Shown: positions 1 through 10,605, counted from the stretch's first letter. The stretch: 34,563 nt of DNA from Fibrobacteria bacterium (GCA_043732185.1 JAYTHY010000053.1:1-34563); one strand, 5' to 3'. A program made the numbers and translations. The notes: generated from the letters alone by a model not told the origin.

Positions 1-24
1 CGGGACCAGCTCGTCATCTTCTAG
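1..24 (+). CDS. proB: 3' end of probable glutamate 5-kinase (partial)
   Basis: Frame 1 reads RDQLVIF*, like the (H)RDNLV C-terminus of ProB, and lies directly upstream of proA. Only 7 codons are visible. Confidence 0.6.
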   Translation, partial: RDQLVIF

Positions 25-56
25 CTTCGTTTTCAAGTTGGAATAAATTTCCAGGA

Positions 57-65
57 TGCTATTTT
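57..65 (+). promoter_or_regulatory. Putative extended -10 element (TGcTATTTT) for proA
   Basis: TGnTAnnnT ends 7 nt before ATG 73, and no SD precedes that ATG. Confidence 0.4.
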
Positions 66-72
66 GTAGGCT

Positions 73-1404
73 ATGGAAACTACTCTGGCCCAAAGAACCG
101 CCGCCGCTTTAAGAGCCGCGCACAAAACCCAGCAAAGCGTGCTGGATATGAAAAACGATCAATATGCCCGGGAACTGGGTGAGAACGCGCGCGAAGCCTC
201 CCGACATTTGCGCAGCTTGCCGCTAGCCAAACGCAATGGTGTTTTAAAGGAATTGGCCGCGTCGCTATTGGCGTTTCAAACCGATATCCTTTCCGAAAAC
301 GCCAAAGATATGGAGGCCGGTAAGGCAAGCGGCTTGAGTTCCGCCATGCTGGACAGGTTGCTTCTGAATCCGGCACGGATAAAGGGGATTGCCGACAATA
401 TCAAAACTATTGTGGATTTTCCTGATCCACTGGGAAAATTACTCAGCAAAAAAGTGCGCAAGGACAAGCTGCGTATCTCGCGGGTTTCCGTACCTATCGG
501 CACCATTCTTTTCATTTACGAGTCGCGGCCTAATGTAACCATAGATGGTGGTGCACTGTGTCTTAAGAGCGGAAACGCCGTTATACTCCGCGGAGGCAAG
601 GAGGCTGTGCATACCAATGCGGTTTTGGCGCGCCTGTTTGATGAAGCGCTGCGTGCCAAAGGCGTCGACACCCGTGCCGTGCAACTGGTGCGCAAACCCG
701 ATCATGCCTTGGTCGATATTTTGCTCACTGATGTCAAACATATCGACCTGGTCATTCCGCGCGGTGGCGAAAAGCTCATTCAATCCGTGGTGGAAAAATC
801 GCGCGTGCCCGTGATTAAGCATTATAAAGGCGTTTGCCATATCTATCTGGACAAGACCGCAGACCTCAAAGCGGCTGAGCGCATCATCGTCAACGCTAAA
901 GTGCAGCGGCCGGGCGTGTGCAATGCCATGGAGACCTTGCTTATCGATGCTGGTACCAAACCTGCTGCCATCCAGAAAATCCTCAACACCCTGATGGCCC
1001 AGAAGGTGGAGCTGCGCGGCGACAAGGCGCTTTGTAGGCTTATGCCCGGCGTTATTTCCGCCACCGAAGCGGATTGGGATGAGGAATACCTGGATTTGAT
1101 TCTGTCGGTTAAGATGGTGGAAGGCGTCGACCATGCTATCGAACATATCAACCGGCATGGCACTGGGCATACGGATGCCGTTCTCGCAAAGTCTAAAAAA
1201 GTGCAGAAGGCGTTTTTGGCGGGCGTGGACAGCGCGTCGCTTATGGTCAATGCCTCCACGCGTTTTGCGGATGGAGCCGAATATGGTCTTGGCGCTGAAG
1301 TCGGCATAAGCACTGACAAATTGCATGCGCGCGGCCCCATGGGATTGGAAAGCTTGACTACGTACCAATGGATTGTGGAAGGCAAAGGCCATGCCCGTAA
1401 GTAA
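73..1404 (+). CDS. proA: Gamma-glutamyl phosphate reductase
   Basis: Motifs IYESRPNVT, LKSGNAVILRGGKEA, IPRGG, RPGVCNAMETLL, NASTRFADG and ISTDKLHARGPMGL. Alternative start at ATG 148. Confidence 0.96.
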   Translation: METTLAQRTAAALRAAHKTQQSVLDMKNDQYARELGENAREASRHLRSLPLAKRNGVLKELAASLLAFQTDILSENAKDMEAGKASGLSSAMLDRLLLNPARIKGIADNIKTIVDFPDPLGKLLSKKVRKDKLRISRVSVPIGTILFIYESRPNVTIDGGALCLKSGNAVILRGGKEAVHTNAVLARLFDEALRAKGVDTRAVQLVRKPDHALVDILLTDVKHIDLVIPRGGEKLIQSVVEKSRVPVIKHYKGVCHIYLDKTADLKAAERIIVNAKVQRPGVCNAMETLLIDAGTKPAAIQKILNTLMAQKVELRGDKALCRLMPGVISATEADWDEEYLDLILSVKMVEGVDHAIEHINRHGTGHTDAVLAKSKKVQKAFLAGVDSASLMVNASTRFADGAEYGLGAEVGISTDKLHARGPMGLESLTTYQWIVEGKGHARK

Positions 1405-1822
1405 TGGCGCGGGTTTGAGCACTGCGGATGTCGCAGCCCTCCTAACCCATGTTAAATTCGGCGCGGATGGTTTGGTGACTGCCGTTGCCATCGATGCCAA
1501 TGATGGCGCGGTGCTGATGCTGGCGCATATGAATCTGGAATCGTTGGGTCTTACCCTGACTACCGGGTATATGACGTATTGGTCGCGCTCGCGCAAGACG
1601 CTGTGGATAAAAGGCGAAACTTCCGGTAACCGGCAGAAGGTGGTTGCCGCCTCACTGGATTGCGACGGCGATGCTTTGCTTTTCAAAGTGACCCCAGAAG
1701 GCGATGGCGCGGCCTGTCATGAAGGCTATCGCTCCTGCTTTTTTCGACTTCTCAAAAACGGCCACTGGGAAATTCAAGGTCAACCCGTTTCCGCGCATTT
1801 GCCGCCTCCTGCATCGCCTTAG
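1391..1822 (+). CDS. hisI: Phosphoribosyl-AMP cyclohydrolase (stand-alone)
   Basis: Motifs VLMLAHMN, YWSRSR..LWIKGETSGN, DCDGDALL and ACHEGYRSCF. ATG 1391 overlaps the end of proA; start is approximate. Confidence 0.93.
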   Translation: MPVSNGAGLSTADVAALLTHVKFGADGLVTAVAIDANDGAVLMLAHMNLESLGLTLTTGYMTYWSRSRKTLWIKGETSGNRQKVVAASLDCDGDALLFKVTPEGDGAACHEGYRSCFFRLLKNGHWEIQGQPVSAHLPPPASP

Positions 1823-1825
1823 GAA

Positions 1826-3304
1826 ATGGACACGACCCAAGGAATCCAAGCCTGGGAGTCCGTTACCTTTGCCTTCCTTGCCGCCCAAGGTTGGAAACCG
1901 GAGGGCGCAACACTACTCCTGGCTGTTTCCGGTGGCGCCGATTCTACCGCTCTCCTGCATTTCTTTGCCCGTTCTGGTCGCGCAAAATTCGGTTGTCGAC
2001 TGGCGGTGGCTCATATCAACCATGGCCTCAGGCCTGCCGCTTCTGCAGATGAAGCCTTTGTGGCCGCCTTATGCGCGGAGTATGACCTGCCTTTGCACCG
2101 ACTTAACCTTGACCCGAGCAAAAAGCCAGCCCGCGAGTCGACGGAGATGTGGGCTCGCCGTGAGCGCTATCGTTTTTTTGCGGAAGCGGCAGACACATGT
2201 GGTGCACATTTTGTTCTAACCGCACATCATCGGGATGATCTGGTGGAAACGGTATTGCAACGATTGCATCGCGGTACCGGTCCGCGCGGCTTGGCGGGTA
2301 TTCCCTTTCAGCGCAACCCGGGCATCCTCCGGCCCTTTCTAAATCGCAGTCATCGGGAACTGCTGGTGTATCTGGAAATGCTCCAAGCTCCTTGGCGCGA
2401 AGACGAAAGCAATCTGGATCTCCATATCAACCGGAATTGGTTTAGGCACAGCTATCTCCCTCAACTTCGAAAAACCGAGATGGATGTGGACAACAGGATT
2501 TTTGCCATGGCCATGGAATTGCAAGCCATAGGAACCGTGGGCATGGATGCCTTGGAGGCCGAAGCCGATTTATTGGCTAGAGATGCTACTGGCCGACCTT
2601 TTCTATCTGTGTCTGGCCTCAAGGAAAGAGTCGATGGGGAAGACGGGGAATCGCTCGGATATTGGTTGCGCGCCTTGGTTCACGAGACCCTTCCCCAAAG
2701 CCCCAGACATTCGGTTACAAAAGAGATACTGGATGAATTTTCCCGACAATGGCAACGGAGCTGCAAAAGCTTGCAAGTCCCAATCGCTCACGGCATCGCA
2801 TTGAAATTTGAAAATAACGGGATTTATTGCGTAGAAAGCACTTCCCGGTCTGCGGAATTGGGGCGCTTAACAAAAAAAAGCGGTTCCCGGGAATTGCAAA
2901 AGGGTATACTGGATGGCACAGTTAGTACGTTATTCTGGGAAATGGAAAGACGTACTTTTAAACTCACGGTGCGGCGATATGCAAGGCCCATGGACTTGGT
3001 GTATCCCGCTGCATCGGAGGGAAGGGCTATCTTTGATGCGGGACTCTTTTCTAGTACATTGGTGGTACGCACGCGGCGGAACGGTGATTGCTTTTCCCCC
3101 TTTGGCGTGCAGAGTCGGACTCGAAAGTTGAAAGCTTTTTTAAATGAAAAAAAAGTTCCGATCAGAATGAGGGACAGTCTCCCCATCGTCGTAAACGACG
3201 AAACCCTCGCCTGGGTTCCCGGTTTCGGGATCTCTGAATTTTATAAGGTGACGGATACAACCACCTCCATCCTTGAATTGGTGCTTACATGCGAGAATCT
3301 CTAG
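1826..3304 (+). CDS. tilS: tRNA(Ile)-lysidine synthetase
   Basis: PP-loop [42 protein letters not shown] and a TilS C-terminal domain. Sits upstream of ftsH as is usual. Confidence 0.95.
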   Translation: MDTTQGIQAWESVTFAFLAAQGWKPEGATLLLAVSGGADSTALLHFFARSGRAKFGCRLAVAHINHGLRPAASADEAFVAALCAEYDLPLHRLNLDPSKKPARESTEMWARRERYRFFAEAADTCGAHFVLTAHHRDDLVETVLQRLHRGTGPRGLAGIPFQRNPGILRPFLNRSHRELLVYLEMLQAPWREDESNLDLHINRNWFRHSYLPQLRKTEMDVDNRIFAMAMELQAIGTVGMDALEAEADLLARDATGRPFLSVSGLKERVDGEDGESLGYWLRALVHETLPQSPRHSVTKEILDEFSRQWQRSCKSLQVPIAHGIALKFENNGIYCVESTSRSAELGRLTKKSGSRELQKGILDGTVSTLFWEMERRTFKLTVRRYARPMDLVYPAASEGRAIFDAGLFSSTLVVRTRRNGDCFSPFGVQSRTRKLKAFLNEKKVPIRMRDSLPIVVNDETLAWVPGFGISEFYKVTDTTTSILELVLTCENL

Positions 3305-5472
3305 AAGACAAAAAGAACAACCTCGTGGAAGACAAGAAAAAAGGCGGCATGTTGAATCGGCCCAAAGTGCCGGATTCCAAGCAAGCTTCGCCTCCACCCG
3401 GAAACAAGTGGAAGCGTAAAAACGTTTCCCTGATCTTGGCCATGGTGCTGGTGTCTATTTTCCTCGTGCAGCTCTTGGATTCCCAAAACCCAGTGGAAGA
3501 AAAAACCTATTCTGAATTCCGGAAAATCATCGCGGATACCAGCCTGCAAATCACCTCCATCAATCTCCAGCGGATAGGGGAGGGCTACCAGGTGGTCGGC
3601 GACCGGAAACTCACTCCCGAGGAACAGGCCACAAGACGTGAAAGCCACAGTGCCTTTGCCTCCCGTTCGATAAAGTTCAAGACCTTGCTCCCCGATATCG
3701 ACGGCCCCATTCTCCAATTGCTGGACAACCTTACCAGCCGTGGCGTAAAAGTGGAGTTCATCAAGGAAACGCGCTGGCTCGGATACTTAAGCACGCTCTT
3801 TCCGCTTTTCCTGCTCATCGGATTTTTCTGGTTCATGATGGCCAGGCAAGGTCAAATGGGCGGCGGACGCGGCATTTTTTCCTTTGGAAAAATCAAGGCG
3901 AAGCTGCTGGAAGAGAATCGGCCTAAGGTTTCCTTCAAAGATGTGGCCGGTGCCGATGAAGCGAAGCAAGAGCTAGTGGAAGTGATCGAATTTTTGAAGG
4001 ACCCGAGCAAGTTTAGCCGTTTGGGAGGTCGAATACCCAAGGGTGTCTTGCTGCTGGGGCCTCCTGGTACAGGCAAGACTCTTTTAGCCAAGGCCGTGGC
4101 GGGTGAAGCGGATGTTCCTTTTTTCAGTATGTCCGGTTCGGACTTTGTGGAAATGTTCGTGGGTGTAGGCGCATCGCGCGTGCGCGACCTTTTTGAACAG
4201 GGAAAAAAGAATGCTCCGTGTATCATCTTCATCGACGAAATCGATGCCGTGGGCCGTCATCGCGGCGCAGGACTGGGCGGAGGTCATGATGAGCGCGAAC
4301 AGACTTTGAATCAGTTGCTTGTCGAGATGGATGGCTTCAGCAGCAATGAAGGTGTGATCCTTATCGCAGCTACCAATCGCGCCGATGTGCTCGATCCGGC
4401 CTTGCTACGGCCCGGTCGTTTTGATCGCCAAGTGGTGGTGGATCTACCCGATTCAAAGGGCCGGGAAGGCATTCTCAAAGTGCATTTGGACAAGCGTAAG
4501 GTTCCACTGCGAGACGATGTGGACATTTCTAAACTGGGCAAAGGGACACCGGGACTTTCCGGCGCGGACCTGGAAAATCTGGTCAATGAAGCCTGTTTAT
4601 TAGCGGCCAGGTTCGGTGGCAGTCAGGTGGCCATGATCGATTTCGAAGAAGCCAAAGACAAAATCATGATTGGTTCGGAGCGGCTGTCGCGCATTATTAC
4701 GGATGAAGAGAAAAAGACCACGGCCTATCATGAAGCAGGACATGCCATCATATCCCTGCAGGTCAAGTATTCCGATCCCTTACATAAAATCACCATCATT
4801 CCCCGGGGCCGGGCCTTAGGCATCACGTTCCAGCTGCCGGAAAAGGATATGTACACGGTTGATTCGCGGTTTATCCTCGATAAGATCGCGATTCTCATGG
4901 GTGGTCGCGGCGCTGAGTTGCTGCTGTTTGATCAGAAGAATACTGGCGCTTCAAACGATATCGAACGGGCCACGGAATTGGCGCGCAAGTATGTGTGCGA
5001 ATGGGGCATGTCGGAGCTGGGTCCGCTTTCCTATGGCAAGAAACAGGAAGAAATCTTTCTGGGTCGGGAAATAAGCCAACACCGAGACTATTCCGAAGCC
5101 ACAGCGATTCTGATAGACCAGGAAGTCCGGAAAATAATCGAAGGTCAGATGAAAAGGGTGATGGACTTGCTTACCGAACACAAGCAAAAACTCATCAACC
5201 TGGCCGAAGCCCTGCTTGAACACGAAGTGCTGGAAACGGAAGAGATTTTGAAAGCGGTGGGTGGAGAGTTGCTAATTGATACGCGCAAGAGCCGTTCGTA
5301 TCTAAAAAAGCATAACGAAACCCCCGTGGTACCGGGTATAGAAGCGGGGTCGACTTCGTCCACTTCAGGCGCCGCGACAACGACACCGGGAACTACTACG
5401 GCAACGCCTGGCACTGATGACCCACCTACTCCGCCTGCGCATAAGGGCGGTCGTTTCGACTCAACAGTGTGA
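3289..5472 (+). CDS. ftsH: ATP-dependent zinc metalloprotease FtsH
   Basis: Two TM segments, Walker [39 protein letters not shown] and the HEAGH zinc motif. Start could instead be ATG 3349. Confidence 0.98.
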   Translation: MRESLEDKKNNLVEDKKKGGMLNRPKVPDSKQASPPPGNKWKRKNVSLILAMVLVSIFLVQLLDSQNPVEEKTYSEFRKIIADTSLQITSINLQRIGEGYQVVGDRKLTPEEQATRRESHSAFASRSIKFKTLLPDIDGPILQLLDNLTSRGVKVEFIKETRWLGYLSTLFPLFLLIGFFWFMMARQGQMGGGRGIFSFGKIKAKLLEENRPKVSFKDVAGADEAKQELVEVIEFLKDPSKFSRLGGRIPKGVLLLGPPGTGKTLLAKAVAGEADVPFFSMSGSDFVEMFVGVGASRVRDLFEQGKKNAPCIIFIDEIDAVGRHRGAGLGGGHDEREQTLNQLLVEMDGFSSNEGVILIAATNRADVLDPALLRPGRFDRQVVVDLPDSKGREGILKVHLDKRKVPLRDDVDISKLGKGTPGLSGADLENLVNEACLLAARFGGSQVAMIDFEEAKDKIMIGSERLSRIITDEEKKTTAYHEAGHAIISLQVKYSDPLHKITIIPRGRALGITFQLPEKDMYTVDSRFILDKIAILMGGRGAELLLFDQKNTGASNDIERATELARKYVCEWGMSELGPLSYGKKQEEIFLGREISQHRDYSEATAILIDQEVRKIIEGQMKRVMDLLTEHKQKLINLAEALLEHEVLETEEILKAVGGELLIDTRKSRSYLKKHNETPVVPGIEAGSTSSTSGAATTTPGTTTATPGTDDPPTPPAHKGGRFDSTV

Positions 5473-6362
5473 GCTTTAGCGCCGATTCCTCCTGGGGCCG
5501 GCCTTTGGTTTCCACCCCGCTTCGTCCCTGGCGAGCCGGACGCTTTCTGCTAGGAGGCAACCGGCCCTTGCTCATGGGTATCCTCAATGTTACTCCAGAC
5601 TCTTTCCATGATGGGGGCCGTCATGCGACTCTGGATCTGGCGCTTAAGCATGCGGAAACGCTGTTGGTGGCTGGAGCCGACATCCTGGACATAGGCGGCG
5701 AGTCTTCTCGTCCGGGAGCCGAATCCGTGGACGAAGCGGAGGAACTGGCTCGCACGCAGCCTGTAGTCGCAGGTATTGTCAAGCGTTTCGATTGTCCTGT
5801 ATCCATCGACACCGTCAAGTCCGGCGTGGCCCGCGCCGCATTGGATTCCGGAGCGTGTATTGTCAATGACATCAGCGCCATGACGTCCGACCCCATGATG
5901 CTTGAGGTGCCGCAGGCCTTTCAGGCCGGAGTGGTACTGAACCACATGCGTGGCAGCCCCAAAGACATGCAGATCGATCCTATTTATGGTGACCCGGTTG
6001 CGGAAGTCACAGCCTTTTTGGCGGGAAGAATTCAGCTGTTGGCAGCCATGGGCATGACCAAAGATCATATTGCCGTGGATCCGGGCATCGGGTTTGGGAA
6101 ACGCGTGGAGGATAATTATAAGCTCATCGCGGAAATGGAAAAATTAGGGACCTTGGGGTGCCCGATTCTCCTTGGCATGTCCCGAAAATCCTTCATTCAA
6201 AAAACACCGGGTCTAGAAAAATCTACACGCCTTATTCCCAGCGTGGCTTTGGCCGTATTCGCGGCGCTCAAAGGCGTTTCCATATTGCGCGTGCATGATG
6301 TGGCTGAAACCCATGAGGCTTTATGGATGGTGTCGGCTGTGCAAGCCGGTAAGACTGGATAG
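5469..6362 (+). CDS. folP: Dihydropteroate synthase
   Basis: [44 protein letters not shown] and LRVHDV. GTG start overlaps the ftsH stop (GTGA). Confidence 0.96.
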   Translation: MSFSADSSWGRPLVSTPLRPWRAGRFLLGGNRPLLMGILNVTPDSFHDGGRHATLDLALKHAETLLVAGADILDIGGESSRPGAESVDEAEELARTQPVVAGIVKRFDCPVSIDTVKSGVARAALDSGACIVNDISAMTSDPMMLEVPQAFQAGVVLNHMRGSPKDMQIDPIYGDPVAEVTAFLAGRIQLLAAMGMTKDHIAVDPGIGFGKRVEDNYKLIAEMEKLGTLGCPILLGMSRKSFIQKTPGLEKSTRLIPSVALAVFAALKGVSILRVHDVAETHEALWMVSAVQAGKTG

Positions 6363-6368
6363 CAGGGC

Positions 6369-6414
6369 TGGGCAACAGGGTTGCTGGGTAACTATCTTGG
6401 GCAACAGGGTTGCT
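6369..6414. repeat. Two exact 17-bp direct repeats TGGGCAACAGGGTTGCT, each containing the palindrome GCAAC-N3-GTTGC
   Basis: Copies at 6369-6385 and 6398-6414 with a 12-nt spacer, in the folP-dioxygenase intergenic region. Confidence 0.85.
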
Positions 6415-6421
6415 TGCAAAA

Positions 6422-6430
6422 TGATATAAT
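6422..6430 (+). promoter_or_regulatory. Consensus extended -10 promoter TGaTATAAT, probably driving a leaderless mRNA
   Basis: Perfect TGnTATAAT. ATG 6437 follows after 6 nt and there is no SD. Confidence 0.65.
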
Positions 6431-6436
6431 GATCCA

Positions 6437-7240
6437 ATGGTACAAGACTTGAGTTGGATTGCAGAATATTGGGACCGAGGTTTCGCCATGGTCCGGGGCG
6501 TATTTCCACCCGAAGAAATCGTGGAACTGGGGAAATATTTCGACGAAATTCTGGCGCAAGGACAAGGGCTGGAACAAACGACCAAAAAGGGGCTGGCGGA
6601 ATTCCGAGTGGTTCCCATCGCCGGAAAACCAACTTTAAAATTCGCCAAATGGGCCTCCTCAGTGCATGATGGTTTAAACCGGATTCGCACATCGCCACGA
6701 CTACTTTCCCTGGTCAGTCGTTTACTCGGTCCTGACTTGCGCCAAATCACCAACCAAATGCATTGGAAAAATCCTGGAGACGGTGTCAGTTTTCAAATGC
6801 ACCAGGATTGCACTTTCCGTAAACCAGATGCCGCTTACCGCGATTTATATGGGGGATTTCTGCAAACCGCCATTGCGGTCGATCCCGCCACTGATCAAAA
6901 CGGATGTCTGCAACTGGTCCCCACATCGCATCGCGAACGCAAAGCGTTGCTGGAGGGCGGTTATGAGGGCTGGGAAGCCAATGGCGCCAATCAACAAGTG
7001 TTGGAACGGTTGCCACCCGCAGAAAGCGGTTTGATGCTGCCCGGCGACGTACTTATCTGGAACCCCTTTACCATCCATGGTTCCCGGCCCAATCAAAGTG
7101 CAAAGAGCCGCCGGGTTTATATCAATGGTTTCGCCCGAGCGGCCGACTGTGATAATGGAATAAGGGTTACCGAAGGCGGCAGGGTTTTGCCTTTAGCTTG
7201 GGGGCCTGATACCCACTGGGACGTAGTCGAAGAGCGTTAA
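6437..7240 (+). CDS. Phytanoyl-CoA dioxygenase (PhyH) family Fe(II)/2OG oxygenase
   Basis: HQD iron motif, AVDPATDQNGCLQLVPTSH and PGDVLIWNPFTIHGSRPN.S...R. Confidence 0.88.
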   Translation: MVQDLSWIAEYWDRGFAMVRGVFPPEEIVELGKYFDEILAQGQGLEQTTKKGLAEFRVVPIAGKPTLKFAKWASSVHDGLNRIRTSPRLLSLVSRLLGPDLRQITNQMHWKNPGDGVSFQMHQDCTFRKPDAAYRDLYGGFLQTAIAVDPATDQNGCLQLVPTSHRERKALLEGGYEGWEANGANQQVLERLPPAESGLMLPGDVLIWNPFTIHGSRPNQSAKSRRVYINGFARAADCDNGIRVTEGGRVLPLAWGPDTHWDVVEER

Positions 7241-7293
7241 CCCCTTTCTGCTTTCGAAATTATAGGGTAACTTTTAGAATCCCTAGGAGTTTC

Positions 7294-9885
7294 ATGTATC
7301 GACTGATTGCCGCTCTGATTTGTTTCATTTATTTGCATAGTCCCGCATTGGCCGGTGAAGTCCATGGCCGTGTTGTCGACCGCGGAACACTCAAGCTGGA
7401 TGGTTCCGCCAAAGGTATTTCGGGAGTCAAAATCCTACTGTATGAGGGCCAAAGACTGATCACCTCTACGGTTACCAATGCCAATGGTTCCTATCGCCTG
7501 AATAAAATCCAAGCGGTTCATGCAAGGTTGACTTATAGGATGAAAGGTTTTCATCCTTCTTCCATTTCCCGTGATTACGTTCTTTCGGATACGTCCTCTA
7601 GAGATGTTTATCTGGATGCGGACCACCGGGAAGAAGGGGCACTGGCTGGAAAAAGTCATGGTGGGTATTATCAAGGCGTCGCCGACGGAATGTTGGCGCT
7701 ATCTCGTAACGCTTCTTTTTTTGGTGAAGATCAAGATGATTCGCTACTTGACCTTAGCGCGTTTTTTGATGGGCGAGATACCTCCAGGAATTATGTTGGC
7801 GTGCTATGCGAATTGCTTTGGGCAGAGCTGCTTTCCCAAGATCGTCCTTTAGAAACGCGTTACTACGTGGCTGCGGCTTTGGCTCCTGTGCTCGATTCCT
7901 TGGGCTGGGGCAATTTGCGTGGGATGGACCGTTACTTGGAAGTTTCCCCAGAAGCCGTTGCCAAAACCGGCCTTAGTTTGCGCAAAGCGTTTCGGAATCT
8001 AGCCGCACTTCCCAATCCCGCCGATATCCACAAACTGGGCATGTCCGTTCCCTTGGCTTCGCAAATGGCCAATGAATACCTGGCGGATCCGGAAGTTTCC
8101 GAAAAATCCAAAGATCGCTTTTTGGTGCAGTGGAAGAAGGCTTGGGGAAAGAATGCACCGTCCTTTCAGGAGGATAATGATGGAGGACCTTTTGCGCCAA
8201 ATGTGTTGTTGTCCAAGCTGGCAGCCTCAAGATCGAACAACGCAGAAGTGCAATACCTGCGGGGCCGTGAACTTTTTGCAGTGCGTAACTATATCGCGGC
8301 TGCCGAGGCGCTAAGTTCGGCCAATAGACTGGCTGGCAGCCATCCTGCCGCGAAATATTTAGAGGCCATGGCATATATGCGCTTGGGACGTAATCAGGAG
8401 GCACAGGTGCGCTTGCAGGGGTTGCTGGAGGTATCGGATGTGTACTGGAAAGCCCAGGCCTATCGAGGTTTGGCACGACTTGCAGAAAAAGCAGGGCGGC
8501 ACTCGGAAGCAGTTGCGCAGCTTTGGAAATCCGAGCATCTGTTGCCCGATGATGAAAACCTGAATGCTTTGGCGGAGGCGTCACTGCAAATGTCCGACCG
8601 AGGTGAGATTGAAAAGTTGCTGGAGGCTAAAGTCAGTTCCAGTGGCGATGCTCGAGCGCACTATTGGTTGGGCCGATATGCAGAGCAAGACGATCAAAGC
8701 GGAGTTGCTGAGGATCATTATCGCAAGGCATGGGCGGCTGCGCCGCTGGCTATTTATGCAGAAGCATTGGGCCGCATTTACTTGGCACGTGAAGATTTCC
8801 AAAGTATGCTGCGATTGCTAGAGCCTGTGCGCGCCAATTTGACCCCAGAGGGCAGGAACTCTTTTGCCAAAGGTTTGCTTCAGGTTGGCCGTGTTCAGGA
8901 GGCTGCTAAGGAGTATTCGCTAGTTCTTGCTGCCCAACCGGATCCGGATGCGCTGGCCCATTTTGTTGAAGCTTTGATTCAATGCAATCGTGCCAAGGAA
9001 GCGCTGGCCGCCGTCACAGCTTTCACCAACCAATCGCAGCCTCTGACGAAACTGGCTTTGGCCAAGGCGCATATCGCTAACCACGACGCGGCCAGTGCCA
9101 AGCCTATTCTCGAACTTCTCCTTAAAGGGCAGCGCAGCAATCCGGAATACCACTATTGGTTGGGCCAGGCTTTCTACGAATTGCACAATTACAGCAAGGC
9201 GAAAAATGCCTTTGAAGAAGCGCTGCGCTATCGTCAGGACTATATGGAAGCCACCTACTATTGCGCTTTATGTGCAGTTAAACTCGGCAAGTCTGACGGC
9301 GCACGCGGGCTTTTCAATGAGTTGACGCAACGGAATTCAGCAGAGTGGAAGGCCAAGGGATTGCTGGGAATGGGCATTGCTTTTACCGCCCAGCAGAAAC
9401 CGGAAGCGGCGGAAAGTTATTTTCGACGATCGCAGGAAGTGCATGAAACCGCCGAAGCTGAAGCGATGCTGGCATTGAGCAGGCGAAGGCTGGGCGGTCC
9501 GGAAATGTGGGTGGCCCTAGCTCAAAAGGCGTACGCCATTGATCCTTCGCAACCCAAAGCCGTAGAAGCGATGGGTGAAGCCCTGTTGATTCAGGGGAAT
9601 AAAGTTCAGGCTTTGGACCTGTTCAAAGGAGCATTGGAATCCAATCCGGGATCCTGCGAGCTTTTAACGGGATTGGCCAAATGCCAGTTTTTAACCGGAG
9701 CCTACGATGAGGTCAAGTCCACAAGTTCGAATGCAATGTCCGTGTGCCCGCAAGATCCATACAGTTATTATTACGCGGCTCTAACCTCAGAAAAATTACA
9801 GAATCGAAAAGAAGCCGAAGGGTATTTCAAAGGATTCCGAAAAGCGGGGGGAGACAATGCCCTGCTTCCGCAGGAATACCGTTAG
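7294..9885 (+). CDS. Secreted tetratricopeptide-repeat protein with an N-terminal carboxypeptidase-regulatory-like beta-sandwich
   Basis: AGGAG SD, signal peptide ending ALA-G, GRVVD...TVTNANGSYRL, and many TPR-like units (e.g. NPEYHYWLGQAFYELHNYSKAKNAFEEAL). Confidence 0.8.
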   Translation: MYRLIAALICFIYLHSPALAGEVHGRVVDRGTLKLDGSAKGISGVKILLYEGQRLITSTVTNANGSYRLNKIQAVHARLTYRMKGFHPSSISRDYVLSDTSSRDVYLDADHREEGALAGKSHGGYYQGVADGMLALSRNASFFGEDQDDSLLDLSAFFDGRDTSRNYVGVLCELLWAELLSQDRPLETRYYVAAALAPVLDSLGWGNLRGMDRYLEVSPEAVAKTGLSLRKAFRNLAALPNPADIHKLGMSVPLASQMANEYLADPEVSEKSKDRFLVQWKKAWGKNAPSFQEDNDGGPFAPNVLLSKLAASRSNNAEVQYLRGRELFAVRNYIAAAEALSSANRLAGSHPAAKYLEAMAYMRLGRNQEAQVRLQGLLEVSDVYWKAQAYRGLARLAEKAGRHSEAVAQLWKSEHLLPDDENLNALAEASLQMSDRGEIEKLLEAKVSSSGDARAHYWLGRYAEQDDQSGVAEDHYRKAWAAAPLAIYAEALGRIYLAREDFQSMLRLLEPVRANLTPEGRNSFAKGLLQVGRVQEAAKEYSLVLAAQPDPDALAHFVEALIQCNRAKEALAAVTAFTNQSQPLTKLALAKAHIANHDAASAKPILELLLKGQRSNPEYHYWLGQAFYELHNYSKAKNAFEEALRYRQDYMEATYYCALCAVKLGKSDGARGLFNELTQRNSAEWKAKGLLGMGIAFTAQQKPEAAESYFRRSQEVHETAEAEAMLALSRRRLGGPEMWVALAQKAYAIDPSQPKAVEAMGEALLIQGNKVQALDLFKGALESNPGSCELLTGLAKCQFLTGAYDEVKSTSSNAMSVCPQDPYSYYYAALTSEKLQNRKEAEGYFKGFRKAGGDNALLPQEYR

Positions 9886-9955
9886 TCCGCATTTTTTGCT
9901 TAATATACCGGGTAAAAAAGTCACTATTTTAAAATGCTTGGCGTTTACGATTAAT

Positions 9956-9998
9956 AATTTACCTAATTCGATTATTACGTAGAATTTACCTCCTTCGA
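9956..9998. repeat. Imperfect 16-bp direct repeat AATTTACCT(aa/cc)TTCGA in an AT-rich intergenic region
   Basis: Copies at 9956-9971 and 9983-9998, 14/16 identical, 27-bp period. Confidence 0.55.
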
Positions 9999-10073
9999 GT
10001 TTATTTTTTCCCGAACATTGAATAATTGTCGCATCAATCCATTAAACGGAATGAGTGCACTTCGAAAGTAACC

Positions 10074-10580
10074 ATGAAATCCGTCACCATTCTAGTATCC
10101 GCTTTAACTTCGATTCTTATTGTCGGGTGCTTAAATAATCCGGTTCATCCGGCCCCAGAAAATGAAAATCTCGCCAGTCCTTTGACCATCGGAACAAGAG
10201 CTGGATTTGAGACGAATTTGGCCAAATGGCAAAGCGTGCACCCGGCCGATTACCGCATTTTGATCAATGCCGACAGACATTCCTTTCCCTTGGGCTGGAT
10301 GAACATTTCCGTCGTTGGCAGCCAACCGGTGCAAATTGATTCCGTACCCGGCGAAGAAGCATTTTTTGATCCTAATCGTATCGATAGGGCTCCCACCATT
10401 GAATATCTATTCGCCCGAATTGACGCGAAGTTGGCGGATACCAACTGGACGGTTGGAGTGCAATACGATGTGAAGTATGGGTATCCCAAACTGCTTGAAC
10501 TCAAATACCGCGGTGAAGTGCTGGATGCCGATATGGCTTTTGAAGTGGCCAATTTTTGGCCTGGGCAATTGCAGCCATAA
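10074..10580 (+). CDS. Lipoprotein, DUF6174-like
   Basis: Lipobox ILIVG-C. The pattern W...Y...TIEYLF.RI...VQYDVKYGYP resembles DUF6174 (recalled, not searched). Confidence 0.7.
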   Translation: MKSVTILVSALTSILIVGCLNNPVHPAPENENLASPLTIGTRAGFETNLAKWQSVHPADYRILINADRHSFPLGWMNISVVGSQPVQIDSVPGEEAFFDPNRIDRAPTIEYLFARIDAKLADTNWTVGVQYDVKYGYPKLLELKYRGEVLDADMAFEVANFWPGQLQP

Positions 10581-10605
10581 GTACCGATTTCTAGAATGGC
10601 TTCCC

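Noticed and set aside
439..1686. 415-aa ORF antisense to proA/hisI
   Set aside because: Shadow ORF opposite well-conserved genes, with no recognisable motifs. The same applies to the many short alternative-frame ORFs in the track.
6369..6414. Possible mini-CRISPR (palindromic direct repeats)
   Set aside because: Only two 17-bp repeats, a 12-nt spacer and no cas genes.
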